64,000 nt of DNA from Escherichia coli (lineage in GTDB: Bacteria; Pseudomonadota; Gammaproteobacteria; Enterobacterales; Enterobacteriaceae): assembly GCF_022846255.1 (NCBI RefSeq), contig NZ_AP025682.1. One strand, 5' to 3'. Every line of letters starts with the position of its first letter. Positions within the stretch are counted from its first letter, which is position 1. The notes under the pieces were generated by a model. The model was not told the DNA's origin. It made no database searches and worked only from the letters and a program-made list of their open reading frames with translations. Shown here piece by piece: positions 37,730 through 46,024 of the stretch. A program made the translations under genes and the position numbers.

Positions 37730-40222
37730 TTAACGACAAATATAAACTTTATTCTCATCAATAACGTTATCAAAGGTAATAGTGCAGAATTGTTCCTGCT
37801 GTTTATTAACCGAGACGCGAATCGACGCGGGAACATCATTGGTGCGAATAAATATCCGACTTCCCTGTCCTACTAAGCCCACATTATTGCCACTTTCATC
37901 TTCAACCTCATAACCAAACGGCAACGGAGAGCCATCAGGTCGTTGGGAGATGAAATACCAGGGCTTGCGTTTATCAGTCTCAAACTGCGTCATCACTACC
38001 GCACCACGATAAGGAACGGTGTTTTTACGGTTACCCAGTAGCGCCACATCGCTTTTACTGTCGGCAATATCCAACATCAACGTATTTTCACGATACGGCG
38101 TCAGGTTGTCATAAATAGCGTAGCCTCTGCTATCCGTGGTCAAGTAACGATATCCCTGCACCGCAGCCCCCTCCAGCCCAGGTGCTTTGACAATGGCAAA
38201 CGTATCGGAAAGTCTGGGAGCCAGTGCCACCCCGTCCGACCACGCGACGAAACCGCCTTGAATATTACCGCTAACCTGTTGATATCTTTTCGACTGGCTA
38301 TAGCTGCCACCAATAGTCGCCAATGGCGCACGCCAGGTCAGGTTTCCACCTGCTGTTGTTTCGCTGCCCTGGTGTTGATGGCTCAAGTTTGCCCCGTAGC
38401 TGAACTGATCGCGGCTCCCCGCTACACCGCTGAGGCTGGTATTATTCGACCGATAGCCGTCTTTATCAAAAGTGGTCGAGTTAGAAACAAATAAATCTCG
38501 TCGTTTTTCAGTGATTCCATCGCCCCACGAGAAGGGAATTGAGAAATATAAGTTAATGCGTCTATCTTCGCGGTTATCTTCGTCGTAGGTCTGGCTAACA
38601 GACAAGGTATAACTAAGGCGTTCCCAGGAGTTCGAATAGCTGAGTTGATAATCTTTCCCTGTCCCGCTGCGTTCCCAATAATCCCGCCATTGACCGCTGA
38701 CCGACAGATATCCCCAATTTTCCGGTAATGACTGGTTTATATTTACAGAAAAGCTGTTCTTACGACCAAAATCGTACTGATAATAGTCGGCGATATCATA
38801 AACTGAGTCATCTTCTCGATTATAACTTTTCCTGTTATTTGCCCTCACGTGATCGTTAAAAGTACGATAATCTCGAGAAGAATAACGCCAGGCCGCCAGC
38901 GAAAATTGCGTTCCACTTTGAGAGAGATATTTGTTCCACGCAATCTGATAACTTTGACCATTAAACACATCACCGTTATCTTGTTCACTGTGGGAATGGG
39001 TAAAATCAACAGATACCGCACCAATCGGTGTATTCCATCCCGTGCCGAGAACAAACGATGAGTAATTATCAGACAACTGCGTGCCAGCATAGAGAGTCAG
39101 CAAATTATTAAGGCCATACTGATAGCTTCCCTGAATAAAATCTGACTGATCGCTGGCTCCCTCAATACGGCTACGTCCGACAGCAAATTCATATTTCGAA
39201 ACGCCCGGTTGCAACATATTTGGTACCGATGAATAAGGTACACGATAACGCGACACCGAACCGTCAGCTTCTTTAACGGTAACTTCCAGATCGGCACCAC
39301 CACCTGCAAGTTGCAAATCATCAATGGCGAATGGACCTGGCGGAACTTCTTTCTGGTAAACCACAAAGCCATTTTGTTCGATAGTGACAAGTGCGTTACT
39401 TTGGGCAACACCACGCACCACAGGCGTAAAATTCTGTTTAGAGTTCGGCAACATCTGCATATCGCGCCAAAGGCGTACACCGCGAAAACGCACGGAGTCA
39501 AAAACATCAGAACCGGTATACATTTCACCAGCACGCAATGTGCCAAGAATATGTGGAATTCCGCGCTCCAGATATAACGTGTTACTCTTCCATTTACCGC
39601 TGTTATCGTCACTTTTCGTATAATTGGCATTTGAATGCAACTGCCAGCCCAGCAGATTCAAACCACTATTCAGATTTAAATAGCTACTTTTATTATCTCC
39701 TCCGTGCTTATAATTACTGTAATACTGACTGGCATAATAAGAAGTATATAATGCGTTAATCCCACGATCCCATGCCTCAGGTGGAACATATCCGCGTTCA
39801 TACTCAACAACATAGGCCTGGGGTACACTCAACTTCAGGTTAAAATGCCCAATATCATAGTCAACGCTACCTCCCTGTACTGCATCCCGAAGAGGTACGC
39901 ATTCTACGCCTTTATCAATATTAATTCCTTCAGTGAGGATACCTATTTGCTTTAACTGCTCCCAAGATAAACATGTCGCATCCGGATCATCTTTAATGTC
40001 GACATTATAGTGTCCGCGCCACTGATTATTCAGGTAAACATCCATATCATAGATACCTGGCATCGGCTTATCACTATCAATATGATAGTCAGAAATTTTT
40101 TCCCCATTTAATCCGCCAATCATAAAATGGGTGTCAAATGTTTCATCTTCCGCCCATGCAAGCGACGTTGCCAACACCGACAGGATAGCCAGCGTAATAG
40201 AATTAAGTTTAGACATAATCAA
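37730..40222 (-). CDS. Fimbrial outer-membrane usher protein
   Basis: 830-aa ORF, size and composition typical of FimD/PapC ushers, between chaperone and adhesin. Confidence 0.85.
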   Translation of the reverse strand: MIMSKLNSITLAILSVLATSLAWAEDETFDTHFMIGGLNGEKISDYHIDSDKPMPGIYDMDVYLNNQWRGHYNVDIKDDPDATCLSWEQLKQIGILTEGINIDKGVECVPLRDAVQGGSVDYDIGHFNLKLSVPQAYVVEYERGYVPPEAWDRGINALYTSYYASQYYSNYKHGGDNKSSYLNLNSGLNLLGWQLHSNANYTKSDDNSGKWKSNTLYLERGIPHILGTLRAGEMYTGSDVFDSVRFRGVRLWRDMQMLPNSKQNFTPVVRGVAQSNALVTIEQNGFVVYQKEVPPGPFAIDDLQLAGGGADLEVTVKEADGSVSRYRVPYSSVPNMLQPGVSKYEFAVGRSRIEGASDQSDFIQGSYQYGLNNLLTLYAGTQLSDNYSSFVLGTGWNTPIGAVSVDFTHSHSEQDNGDVFNGQSYQIAWNKYLSQSGTQFSLAAWRYSSRDYRTFNDHVRANNRKSYNREDDSVYDIADYYQYDFGRKNSFSVNINQSLPENWGYLSVSGQWRDYWERSGTGKDYQLSYSNSWERLSYTLSVSQTYDEDNREDRRINLYFSIPFSWGDGITEKRRDLFVSNSTTFDKDGYRSNNTSLSGVAGSRDQFSYGANLSHQHQGSETTAGGNLTWRAPLATIGGSYSQSKRYQQVSGNIQGGFVAWSDGVALAPRLSDTFAIVKAPGLEGAAVQGYRYLTTDSRGYAIYDNLTPYRENTLMLDIADSKSDVALLGNRKNTVPYRGAVVMTQFETDKRKPWYFISQRPDGSPLPFGYEVEDESGNNVGLVGQGSRIFIRTNDVPASIRVSVNKQQEQFCTITFDNVIDENKVYICR

Positions 40223-40230
40223 TCCCTGAT

Positions 40231-40911
40231 CTATTTGACGGTTTTTACTTTTTCACTCAAATAGTTCCCATGGTCATCAATCAGCGTAATTGTATATTGA
40301 TTGATGGCTAAGGCTGTGGTGATAGTCTTATCTGACCAGGGGGCTAATAACAACGTTTCGTGATTTATTTTTCCACTTCCCATCAACTCAGGAATAGTTA
40401 TCCAGTTTGCGGAGTTGTTTTTGATATTAATACCACCATTGGCATGCTTAATGCTCAGACGACGAAAACTTTCTTTATCTACGCCAGTAAGTCCCTCTGG
40501 GCGGTAGATAAATTTAATACGATTCTGCATGGCGAATTTTATGCCATTCTTATCTTCTAATTCGGGGCAATTAGGTGGGATGTCTAGCACATTAAGGAAG
40601 AATAGGCTTTCGCGATCTTTTGGTAGTGTATTCGCCAATTTTTTGATTTTGAGTTGTTGCCCTTCCCCCCCTTTTACGTGAGCGACCGGTGGCGTCAACA
40701 CAAACGGAACATGAATTTTTTCTGGGGGTAGACTGGTATCGCCATCATCAATCCATGACTGAACCAGGGCGCTACGATTACCTTCATTCATTAACTGAAC
40801 GGTAATCTCTTTTTTCTTTTCTGGATAAATAACACGAGTGCCGTAGATATAGACACCACTCCACGCAGGCGTGACTATGCCGGCCAGCAAGAAGGCTATT
40901 AATTTTTTCAT
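40231..40911 (-). CDS. Periplasmic pilus chaperone (PapD/FimC-like)
   Basis: 226-aa ORF with signal peptide MKKLIAFLLAGIVTPAWSG and chaperone-like N-terminal region. Confidence 0.8.
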   Translation of the reverse strand: MKKLIAFLLAGIVTPAWSGVYIYGTRVIYPEKKKEITVQLMNEGNRSALVQSWIDDGDTSLPPEKIHVPFVLTPPVAHVKGGEGQQLKIKKLANTLPKDRESLFFLNVLDIPPNCPELEDKNGIKFAMQNRIKFIYRPEGLTGVDKESFRRLSIKHANGGINIKNNSANWITIPELMGSGKINHETLLLAPWSDKTITTALAINQYTITLIDDHGNYLSEKVKTVK

Positions 40912-40964
40912 TAAACAATCCTTGTTTGAGAAATCGGCGACCGAAGCCGCCGATAAACACGATA

Positions 40965-41513
40965 TTAATCTGTCACGACAGTCATTGTCAGAGCAGAGTT
41001 AACCGGGCCAGCAGTCACCGCATCACCTGATTGCGCGTATTTCGCACTGAAATTTAGTGTATATTCATTAGAGCTGTTTTTTTCTAACTCAATACTTTTA
41101 TCACCGTCAATCTGTTGAGATTGCCCATCTGCACTCTCATAGTAGACAGCAAAACCAGCACCATTTGGGTTTGCCACAGTATTAATGGTGATATCGCTAC
41201 GATTTGCATCAAACTGACTTCTGGAAAACGTAATTCTGGGAGTCTCATCTCCTGTACATTTGACCGTCAGCGGTACAGTTGTTTTATTTGAATAACCATC
41301 ATAAATATAACCAGCGCTCTTACCATCAAATTGATCAGCACCAATATCGTTCATAGCAATAGTAGCCTGGCTATTTCCGATAAATTGACAAGTAGTTCCA
41401 ACCACATTACCGGTAATAACTAACTCACCCTGTTCACTCCCCTCCTCTGCAAAAGCCCCTGCACTCATAAAAAGAGAAGATAATACTGCAACTGCAATAA
41501 TTGAACGTTTCAT
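40965..41513 (-). CDS. Major fimbrial subunit
   Basis: 182-aa ORF with signal peptide and Thr/Ser/Gly-rich pilin-like composition; first gene of the operon, preceded by about 380 bp of AT-rich DNA. Confidence 0.75.
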   Translation of the reverse strand: MKRSIIAVAVLSSLFMSAGAFAEEGSEQGELVITGNVVGTTCQFIGNSQATIAMNDIGADQFDGKSAGYIYDGYSNKTTVPLTVKCTGDETPRITFSRSQFDANRSDITINTVANPNGAGFAVYYESADGQSQQIDGDKSIELEKNSSNEYTLNFSAKYAQSGDAVTAGPVNSALTMTVVTD

Positions 41514-41841
41514 AGTCTATTCCTTAACTAATTTATTCCAGGTGATCAAGAGTCTTTTTCCTCTCGGAAATGAATTTCGCAAATTACATTTTCTATCGCA
41601 ATGTAAACAATTTGTTTTTGTGATTTAAATCAAATTATCAAAAGCATATAACAAACAAAAACATCTACAAAAAATATTTTCCTTGTTTACTATTCGGCAT
41701 TATTTGATGTCTTTGCAAGGTAAATTAATACGTATAATTAATTGTGGTTTTTTATTTTAAATAAACATCCGCATACTGATAAAAGTGTAGGGCATTGAAT
41801 TATTTATTCTATTTCCAGCCAGAAATAGGCTTTTCAATAGA

Positions 41842-41874
41842 CAAAAAGACCTGACAGCAAGGCCAGGTCTTTTA
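41842..41874 (-). terminator. Terminator downstream of cas6f (bidirectional shape)
   Basis: gacctg-N10-caggtc hairpin flanked by A-run and T-run. Confidence 0.6.
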
Positions 41875-41892
41875 TACATTACAACTTACTAA

Positions 41893-42447
41893 TCAAAACC
41901 AGGGAATAGTGGCGGTTGCGCTTAATCCGTAACTACTAAATTCCCCTTTAACCGGTTCAGTAAGCAAATCACCATGACGGATAAACAGCTTGAACTGCTG
42001 CTGACTCGACAAACTATTCATATTAAGAAAGGGTAAATCGGTCCGCTGTTCAGCCTGCGTCGCCAGTCGCTCAATCGCCTGTTCTTCAGTTAGCCAGCCT
42101 TTTTTCACTGAACGCCTTAACAGACGCTGAGGGTTACTTTTTACCTGTACACGACTTACGACTCGCCAGCCTTTAATTTCAGGTACTAGCGTGACAGGCG
42201 AACATTGGCAGTAATCAGTAAGCCCTTTACGCCACGTAGAGGCTTCAAGTTCTTGCAATGCGGGGGCACTGCCGTGCAAGCGTAAACGCGCTCCCGGCGT
42301 AACATTCACGTCCGGGAAACTCACGCCGATATCACCTTGCCCTCTTGCACCTAATGCCCGATGCAATTTGGCAAATAACGCCGCCATCAACATTTCGCTC
42401 GAAAATTCAGGATCTGGCAGAACGCGGATCTCAAGGTAGTGATCCAT
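41893..42447 (-). CDS. cas6f: Type I-F CRISPR endoribonuclease Cas6f (Csy4)
   Basis: ORF 41893..42489; start placed at MDHYLEIRVLPDPEF; last gene of cas operon. Confidence 0.9.
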   Translation of the reverse strand: MDHYLEIRVLPDPEFSSEMLMAALFAKLHRALGARGQGDIGVSFPDVNVTPGARLRLHGSAPALQELEASTWRKGLTDYCQCSPVTLVPEIKGWRVVSRVQVKSNPQRLLRRSVKKGWLTEEQAIERLATQAEQRTDLPFLNMNSLSSQQQFKLFIRHGDLLTEPVKGEFSSYGLSATATIPWF

Positions 42448-42457
42448 TGGCAGCTCC

Positions 42458-43459
42458 TTATTCCGATTTCTCACCAAAGACACCGCCACGGATCAGCACA
42501 GCCATCACGTAGCGCTGCTGATCAACGTCTGGTTTCATCCCTTTAGTCACCCAATTGTCCAGTAAGGTATAAAAGTCGAGTTTTTCTTTCGGTTGACGGC
42601 AGGCCACACCGCGACTGGTTACAGAACCGTAAGGTTCCACGGCTATAGCCCCCAATTCATCAACCTTTGGATGCCAGGTATCAATGGTACGTAAAGCATT
42701 GCCAATCTTCTGAGAGTGAATACCGGCAATGCCAGCCACCTGGTATAACACGCGACTTTTACTACTGTTGCTGTCGAGTACCAGCTCCTGCGACGGAAAA
42801 ACTTCTTGCCCGGCACCAAGACGAACCTGCGCTTCAACGGTAAGCATCACCCACTCTTTTGCGCTTAATCCTTGCTCTATAATGGCCGCCAGCTGCGTGA
42901 CCGCTGCCTGTCCCTGGTCAAATTGACGTAAAGAGAAGTCATGGCTGTTAAAAGTCCAGGAAGTGTCGTTAGCAGTAACTTTCACCTGGATCTGCTCAGC
43001 ACCAATGCGGTTGCGCCACAGAAAACGACCATTTGCCAGATTCAGCGCATAGCGAAGCGCCAGCTCTTTAAAGCCATGTTCGCTGATGTAACCTTCAATG
43101 ACCCCGGAAAGCGCCTCCTGGTAAGCCATATCATTACATACTGACGGTGTGGATAAATTACCCAGCACACGCAGCGTAAACACCACCTTTAACGTATCCG
43201 CATCTACCGGAAGCGAAGCCACATCCACCCGTTGCAGGTTAGCTTTTTGGATTTCAGCATCCAGTTTTGTGGAGTCACTGGTAATCGTATTTTTCAAGCG
43301 ATTAGAGATAGTTCCGCGAACCGCTTTCTCCTGAATCTCAATGGGTTGCCATACATTTCCTTGCCAGTTACCTGCGTACATTACCGCGTCAGATGTTGCC
43401 AGTTTGCGCTCAAATGCCAGTACCGATGCCGTTTTTATTACTACAGGAGCCTTTGCCAT
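42458..43459 (-). CDS. cas7f: Type I-F Cascade backbone subunit Cas7f (Csy3)
   Basis: 333-aa [36 protein letters not shown]..., position in operon. Confidence 0.9.
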   Translation of the reverse strand: MAKAPVVIKTASVLAFERKLATSDAVMYAGNWQGNVWQPIEIQEKAVRGTISNRLKNTITSDSTKLDAEIQKANLQRVDVASLPVDADTLKVVFTLRVLGNLSTPSVCNDMAYQEALSGVIEGYISEHGFKELALRYALNLANGRFLWRNRIGAEQIQVKVTANDTSWTFNSHDFSLRQFDQGQAAVTQLAAIIEQGLSAKEWVMLTVEAQVRLGAGQEVFPSQELVLDSNSSKSRVLYQVAGIAGIHSQKIGNALRTIDTWHPKVDELGAIAVEPYGSVTSRGVACRQPKEKLDFYTLLDNWVTKGMKPDVDQQRYVMAVLIRGGVFGEKSE

Positions 43460-43469
43460 AATTATGTCC

Positions 43470-44393
43470 TTATTCTAAATCGTCATATTCATTAAAAGTA
43501 AAATCATCACCAGCTGGCATTGCCGAGCAATAGTAGCCAGTGTCCGTTGTGCGGTAACGCCACATCAGCGGTTGCAAGTCAGTTATGCGATGTAATCCGC
43601 GCCATTCGCCGATGCCATATACCGCTTCGGCAAAAGCAAATGGCGTCACGGTGTCGCGCGCATTTTCAACTTCACCGGGTGCGTAAACAGGAGAAATGCG
43701 TTGGTAGCCACACATTAACGGTACCAGGAAACCAGGCATTGGCTTCGGCTGATATGTCCATTTTGCGCTGTTGTCTTCTGCCGGAGATTCGGCCTGATAT
43801 TTAACGGCAGCAAAATCAAGCCAGGCATCCAGCAATGAGATGTCGGGATGTTGTTGGTGATGTTCAGCCAGCCATTCACTGCGATCGTAAAGCGCATAGC
43901 CAGGCATTAAACGCCAGATGATTTTACGCAGTTGCTTTTCATCTTCAGGCGCATGAAAAAGCTGTGGTTCGCGCATGTCAACAATGCTGCCGCCCGCCAG
44001 TTTGTGGCTCTGGCAGAGCATTTTCAGATGGTCACACAGAGCTTTTCTGCCATATTCACCATTGGTGATTTCCCCTTCACATTCAATGAGCAAAGATACC
44101 GTCAGATGCATACGGCCCTCTTCATTGAACGAAGCGGTTTTACCTTCTCTGGTTAGTGGGTTACGGGTGAGAGCAAACTGAAAATACCGCCCAGAGCTAT
44201 ATGCCTGAATATGTTGTTCATGGCTAACTACCGCGCAACCGTCAAAACTTACGCCAAAATCATCCGCCACTTTGCGAGAAAGCGCATGAACATAGCCGAG
44301 AAAATGGGTCATCGCCGGGAATCCCCAGGTCAACCCGGAGACGGCGTTAGCGTTTTCGATACGTATATGGGGTAACAAGAGCAGATAACTCAT
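43470..44393 (-). CDS. cas5f: Type I-F Cascade subunit Cas5f (Csy2)
   Basis: 307-aa ORF, operon position between csy1 and csy3, overlaps csy1 stop by 4 bp. Confidence 0.88.
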   Translation of the reverse strand: MSYLLLLPHIRIENANAVSGLTWGFPAMTHFLGYVHALSRKVADDFGVSFDGCAVVSHEQHIQAYSSGRYFQFALTRNPLTREGKTASFNEEGRMHLTVSLLIECEGEITNGEYGRKALCDHLKMLCQSHKLAGGSIVDMREPQLFHAPEDEKQLRKIIWRLMPGYALYDRSEWLAEHHQQHPDISLLDAWLDFAAVKYQAESPAEDNSAKWTYQPKPMPGFLVPLMCGYQRISPVYAPGEVENARDTVTPFAFAEAVYGIGEWRGLHRITDLQPLMWRYRTTDTGYYCSAMPAGDDFTFNEYDDLE

Positions 44394-45697
44394 TTCAGCG
44401 CCTCCTGCAAAACAGCTTCCATTTCACGCATCCGTTGAGCGAACAGAGACTGGCTGCGCCATTCTCTTTGCTCGACAGCGCCCACGTCGAAACTGGATTT
44501 TTTCAGGCGATAGTTGAGCCAGCGCGCAAAATCATCGGCCACCGCCCCCTGCCAGTCGTTTTTCTCCCGCTCCAGTTTGAAAACCTCATCGGACAGGCTT
44601 CGCCACGGATCCAGCCAAAGCTGCTGATGGCGAGGTAAATCTTGCGATTGCGCTGACCATCCCTGCCATTTTTCTTGCTGAAAAGCGGATGCCTGCATGA
44701 ACAGCAGATCGATCAACTCATCAATATATTTCGCCCGCGCAGTTCGGATATGAACATTATTTATGTCAACCTTCAACAGGTAAGTCATCCGGGCGATAAT
44801 GCCCGAAGCCGCCCTATTGAAATCGCCGCGTAAGGCAAAAATACTGAGCATGTTTTGTGGTGCGCGATCCAGCGTCGCCCAGGTAGGCGGCATTGACGGC
44901 AACAGCCAGACGCGCCCCCCACGCACACTATTGAGCAATGAAATATTTTGCGGTTTTGTGCCTCCGAAATGCATTTCAGCAAGATTCGGGAAACGAATAT
45001 CTGGCTGTGAGTGCCATTTACCTGCTTTGTGCGCTTCGCGAATGGCTTTCGATTCCTCACTAAAGCGCACGGCGGTTAGCTTTTCATACATCGCCTGCGC
45101 CAGTGAACTGGAAAACAGTGGGCATAAGAGGTGATAACCATCCGCAACAGGGAAATAGATTTGTTTTGCCAGTTTATGGCTGGCAGGCCGTCCAGTTGTC
45201 CATGCCTGGCTAAACCCAGCTACCCACTGCTCCAGTTGCGCTTTATCCTCTGCAAACGTACTTAATGCCTGATAATCACCACGCTTCAGGCTGGCAAGCA
45301 GTGAATCTCCGTTCACATCAGTTTGTAGCAACTTTGCGACGTCAAGTGCAGCGGCGTTACCAATCGCGTCAGTAGCGACATTCGCCAACGATGCCGTGTT
45401 TAAATAGCTTTCGTTAGCGGAGGTTTCCAGATAAAAGCTACTGGCTTTAGAATCACCATGACTGAATTTAGCGCCATGAGTGACTAATTTGATTTGCCCG
45501 GCACGCTTTGCCGCATCCGTTAACCAGTGACGAGGCAGGTAGCGTGCCTCGAGTTCCTGCCGCTCCTGAGCGATGACGCTGGCATCCTCGCCCTGTTCCA
45601 GTCGCTTTGTTGCTTCTTTTTCAAAGGCCTCGACTTTGGGTTGCCTTCGCGAAGCGATATAGTCAGTGATAAATTGTATTAGCGCCGTTTTTTCCAT
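44390..45697 (-). CDS. cas8f: Type I-F Cascade large subunit Cas8f (Csy1)
   Basis: 435-aa ORF, AAGGAG RBS upstream of ATG, first gene of csy cluster. Confidence 0.88.
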   Translation of the reverse strand: MEKTALIQFITDYIASRRQPKVEAFEKEATKRLEQGEDASVIAQERQELEARYLPRHWLTDAAKRAGQIKLVTHGAKFSHGDSKASSFYLETSANESYLNTASLANVATDAIGNAAALDVAKLLQTDVNGDSLLASLKRGDYQALSTFAEDKAQLEQWVAGFSQAWTTGRPASHKLAKQIYFPVADGYHLLCPLFSSSLAQAMYEKLTAVRFSEESKAIREAHKAGKWHSQPDIRFPNLAEMHFGGTKPQNISLLNSVRGGRVWLLPSMPPTWATLDRAPQNMLSIFALRGDFNRAASGIIARMTYLLKVDINNVHIRTARAKYIDELIDLLFMQASAFQQEKWQGWSAQSQDLPRHQQLWLDPWRSLSDEVFKLEREKNDWQGAVADDFARWLNYRLKKSSFDVGAVEQREWRSQSLFAQRMREMEAVLQEALK

Positions 45698-45743
45698 CTC
45701 GGCTCCTTTCGTTAATCCATCAAATTGAAGTTGCTCCCTGACT

Positions 45744-45827
45744 TCACTGAAAAATCTCCGTAGCCCAACCAGGCTTCAGTACAACGACGCATACAGCAAA
45801 AGGGACAACACCCGTGGTGATAATCAT
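45744..45827 (-). CDS. Hypothetical 27-aa hydrophobic mini-ORF (MIITTGVVPFAVCVVVLKPGWATEIFQ); candidate Cre-repressed toxin or upstream leader peptide
   Basis: ATG preceded by AGGTGAG at 6-nt spacing; not in ORF track (too short); lies between the Cre-like target site and csy1. Confidence 0.2.
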   Translation of the reverse strand: MIITTGVVPFAVCVVVLKPGWATEIFQ

Positions 45828-45837
45828 GGATAGCTCA

Positions 45838-45871
45838 CCTAGAGGTATCTACGTTTTAATCTAGTAAAATC
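45838..45871 (+). promoter_or_regulatory. Putative Cascade binding site (CC PAM + 11-nt seed match to the psi-spacer), overlapping a putative minus-strand promoter and RBS
   Basis: cc-tagaggtatct at 45838..45850 is identical to the first 11 nt of the psi-spacer at 45969..45979; I-F PAM is 5'-CC on the non-target strand. Confidence 0.45.
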
Positions 45872-45940
45872 CATGCAATAACCAATAGTGATATTACCAT
45901 GCATGAAATATTTGCCACACAATGATTTAAAAACTAACAT

Positions 45941-46014
45941 TCACGCACTGCCGTTGGCAGCTTAGAAATAGAGGTATCTCCGGATACGGACTTGTAAACT
46001 GCCGTACAGGCAGC
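45941..46014 (+). ncRNA. Degenerate mini-CRISPR (psiR-psiS-psiR), CreA/CreR-like crRNA-resembling RNA gene
   Basis: psiR1 tcacgcactgccgttggcagcttagaaa (intact 8-nt 5' handle, shortened loop); 25-nt psi-spacer; psiR2 gtaaactgccgtacaggcagc (intact Cas6f hairpin, lacks 3' handle); orientation opposite to cas genes; possible promoter TTGCCA-17-TAACAT at 45912..45940. Confidence 0.5.
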
Positions 46015-46024
46015 CCGCGCCCCT

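Noticed and set aside
41514-41892. Possible invertible phase-variation switch upstream of the fimbrial operon
   Set aside because: No flanking inverted repeats and no nearby site-specific recombinase gene were seen; retained only as an AT-rich promoter region.
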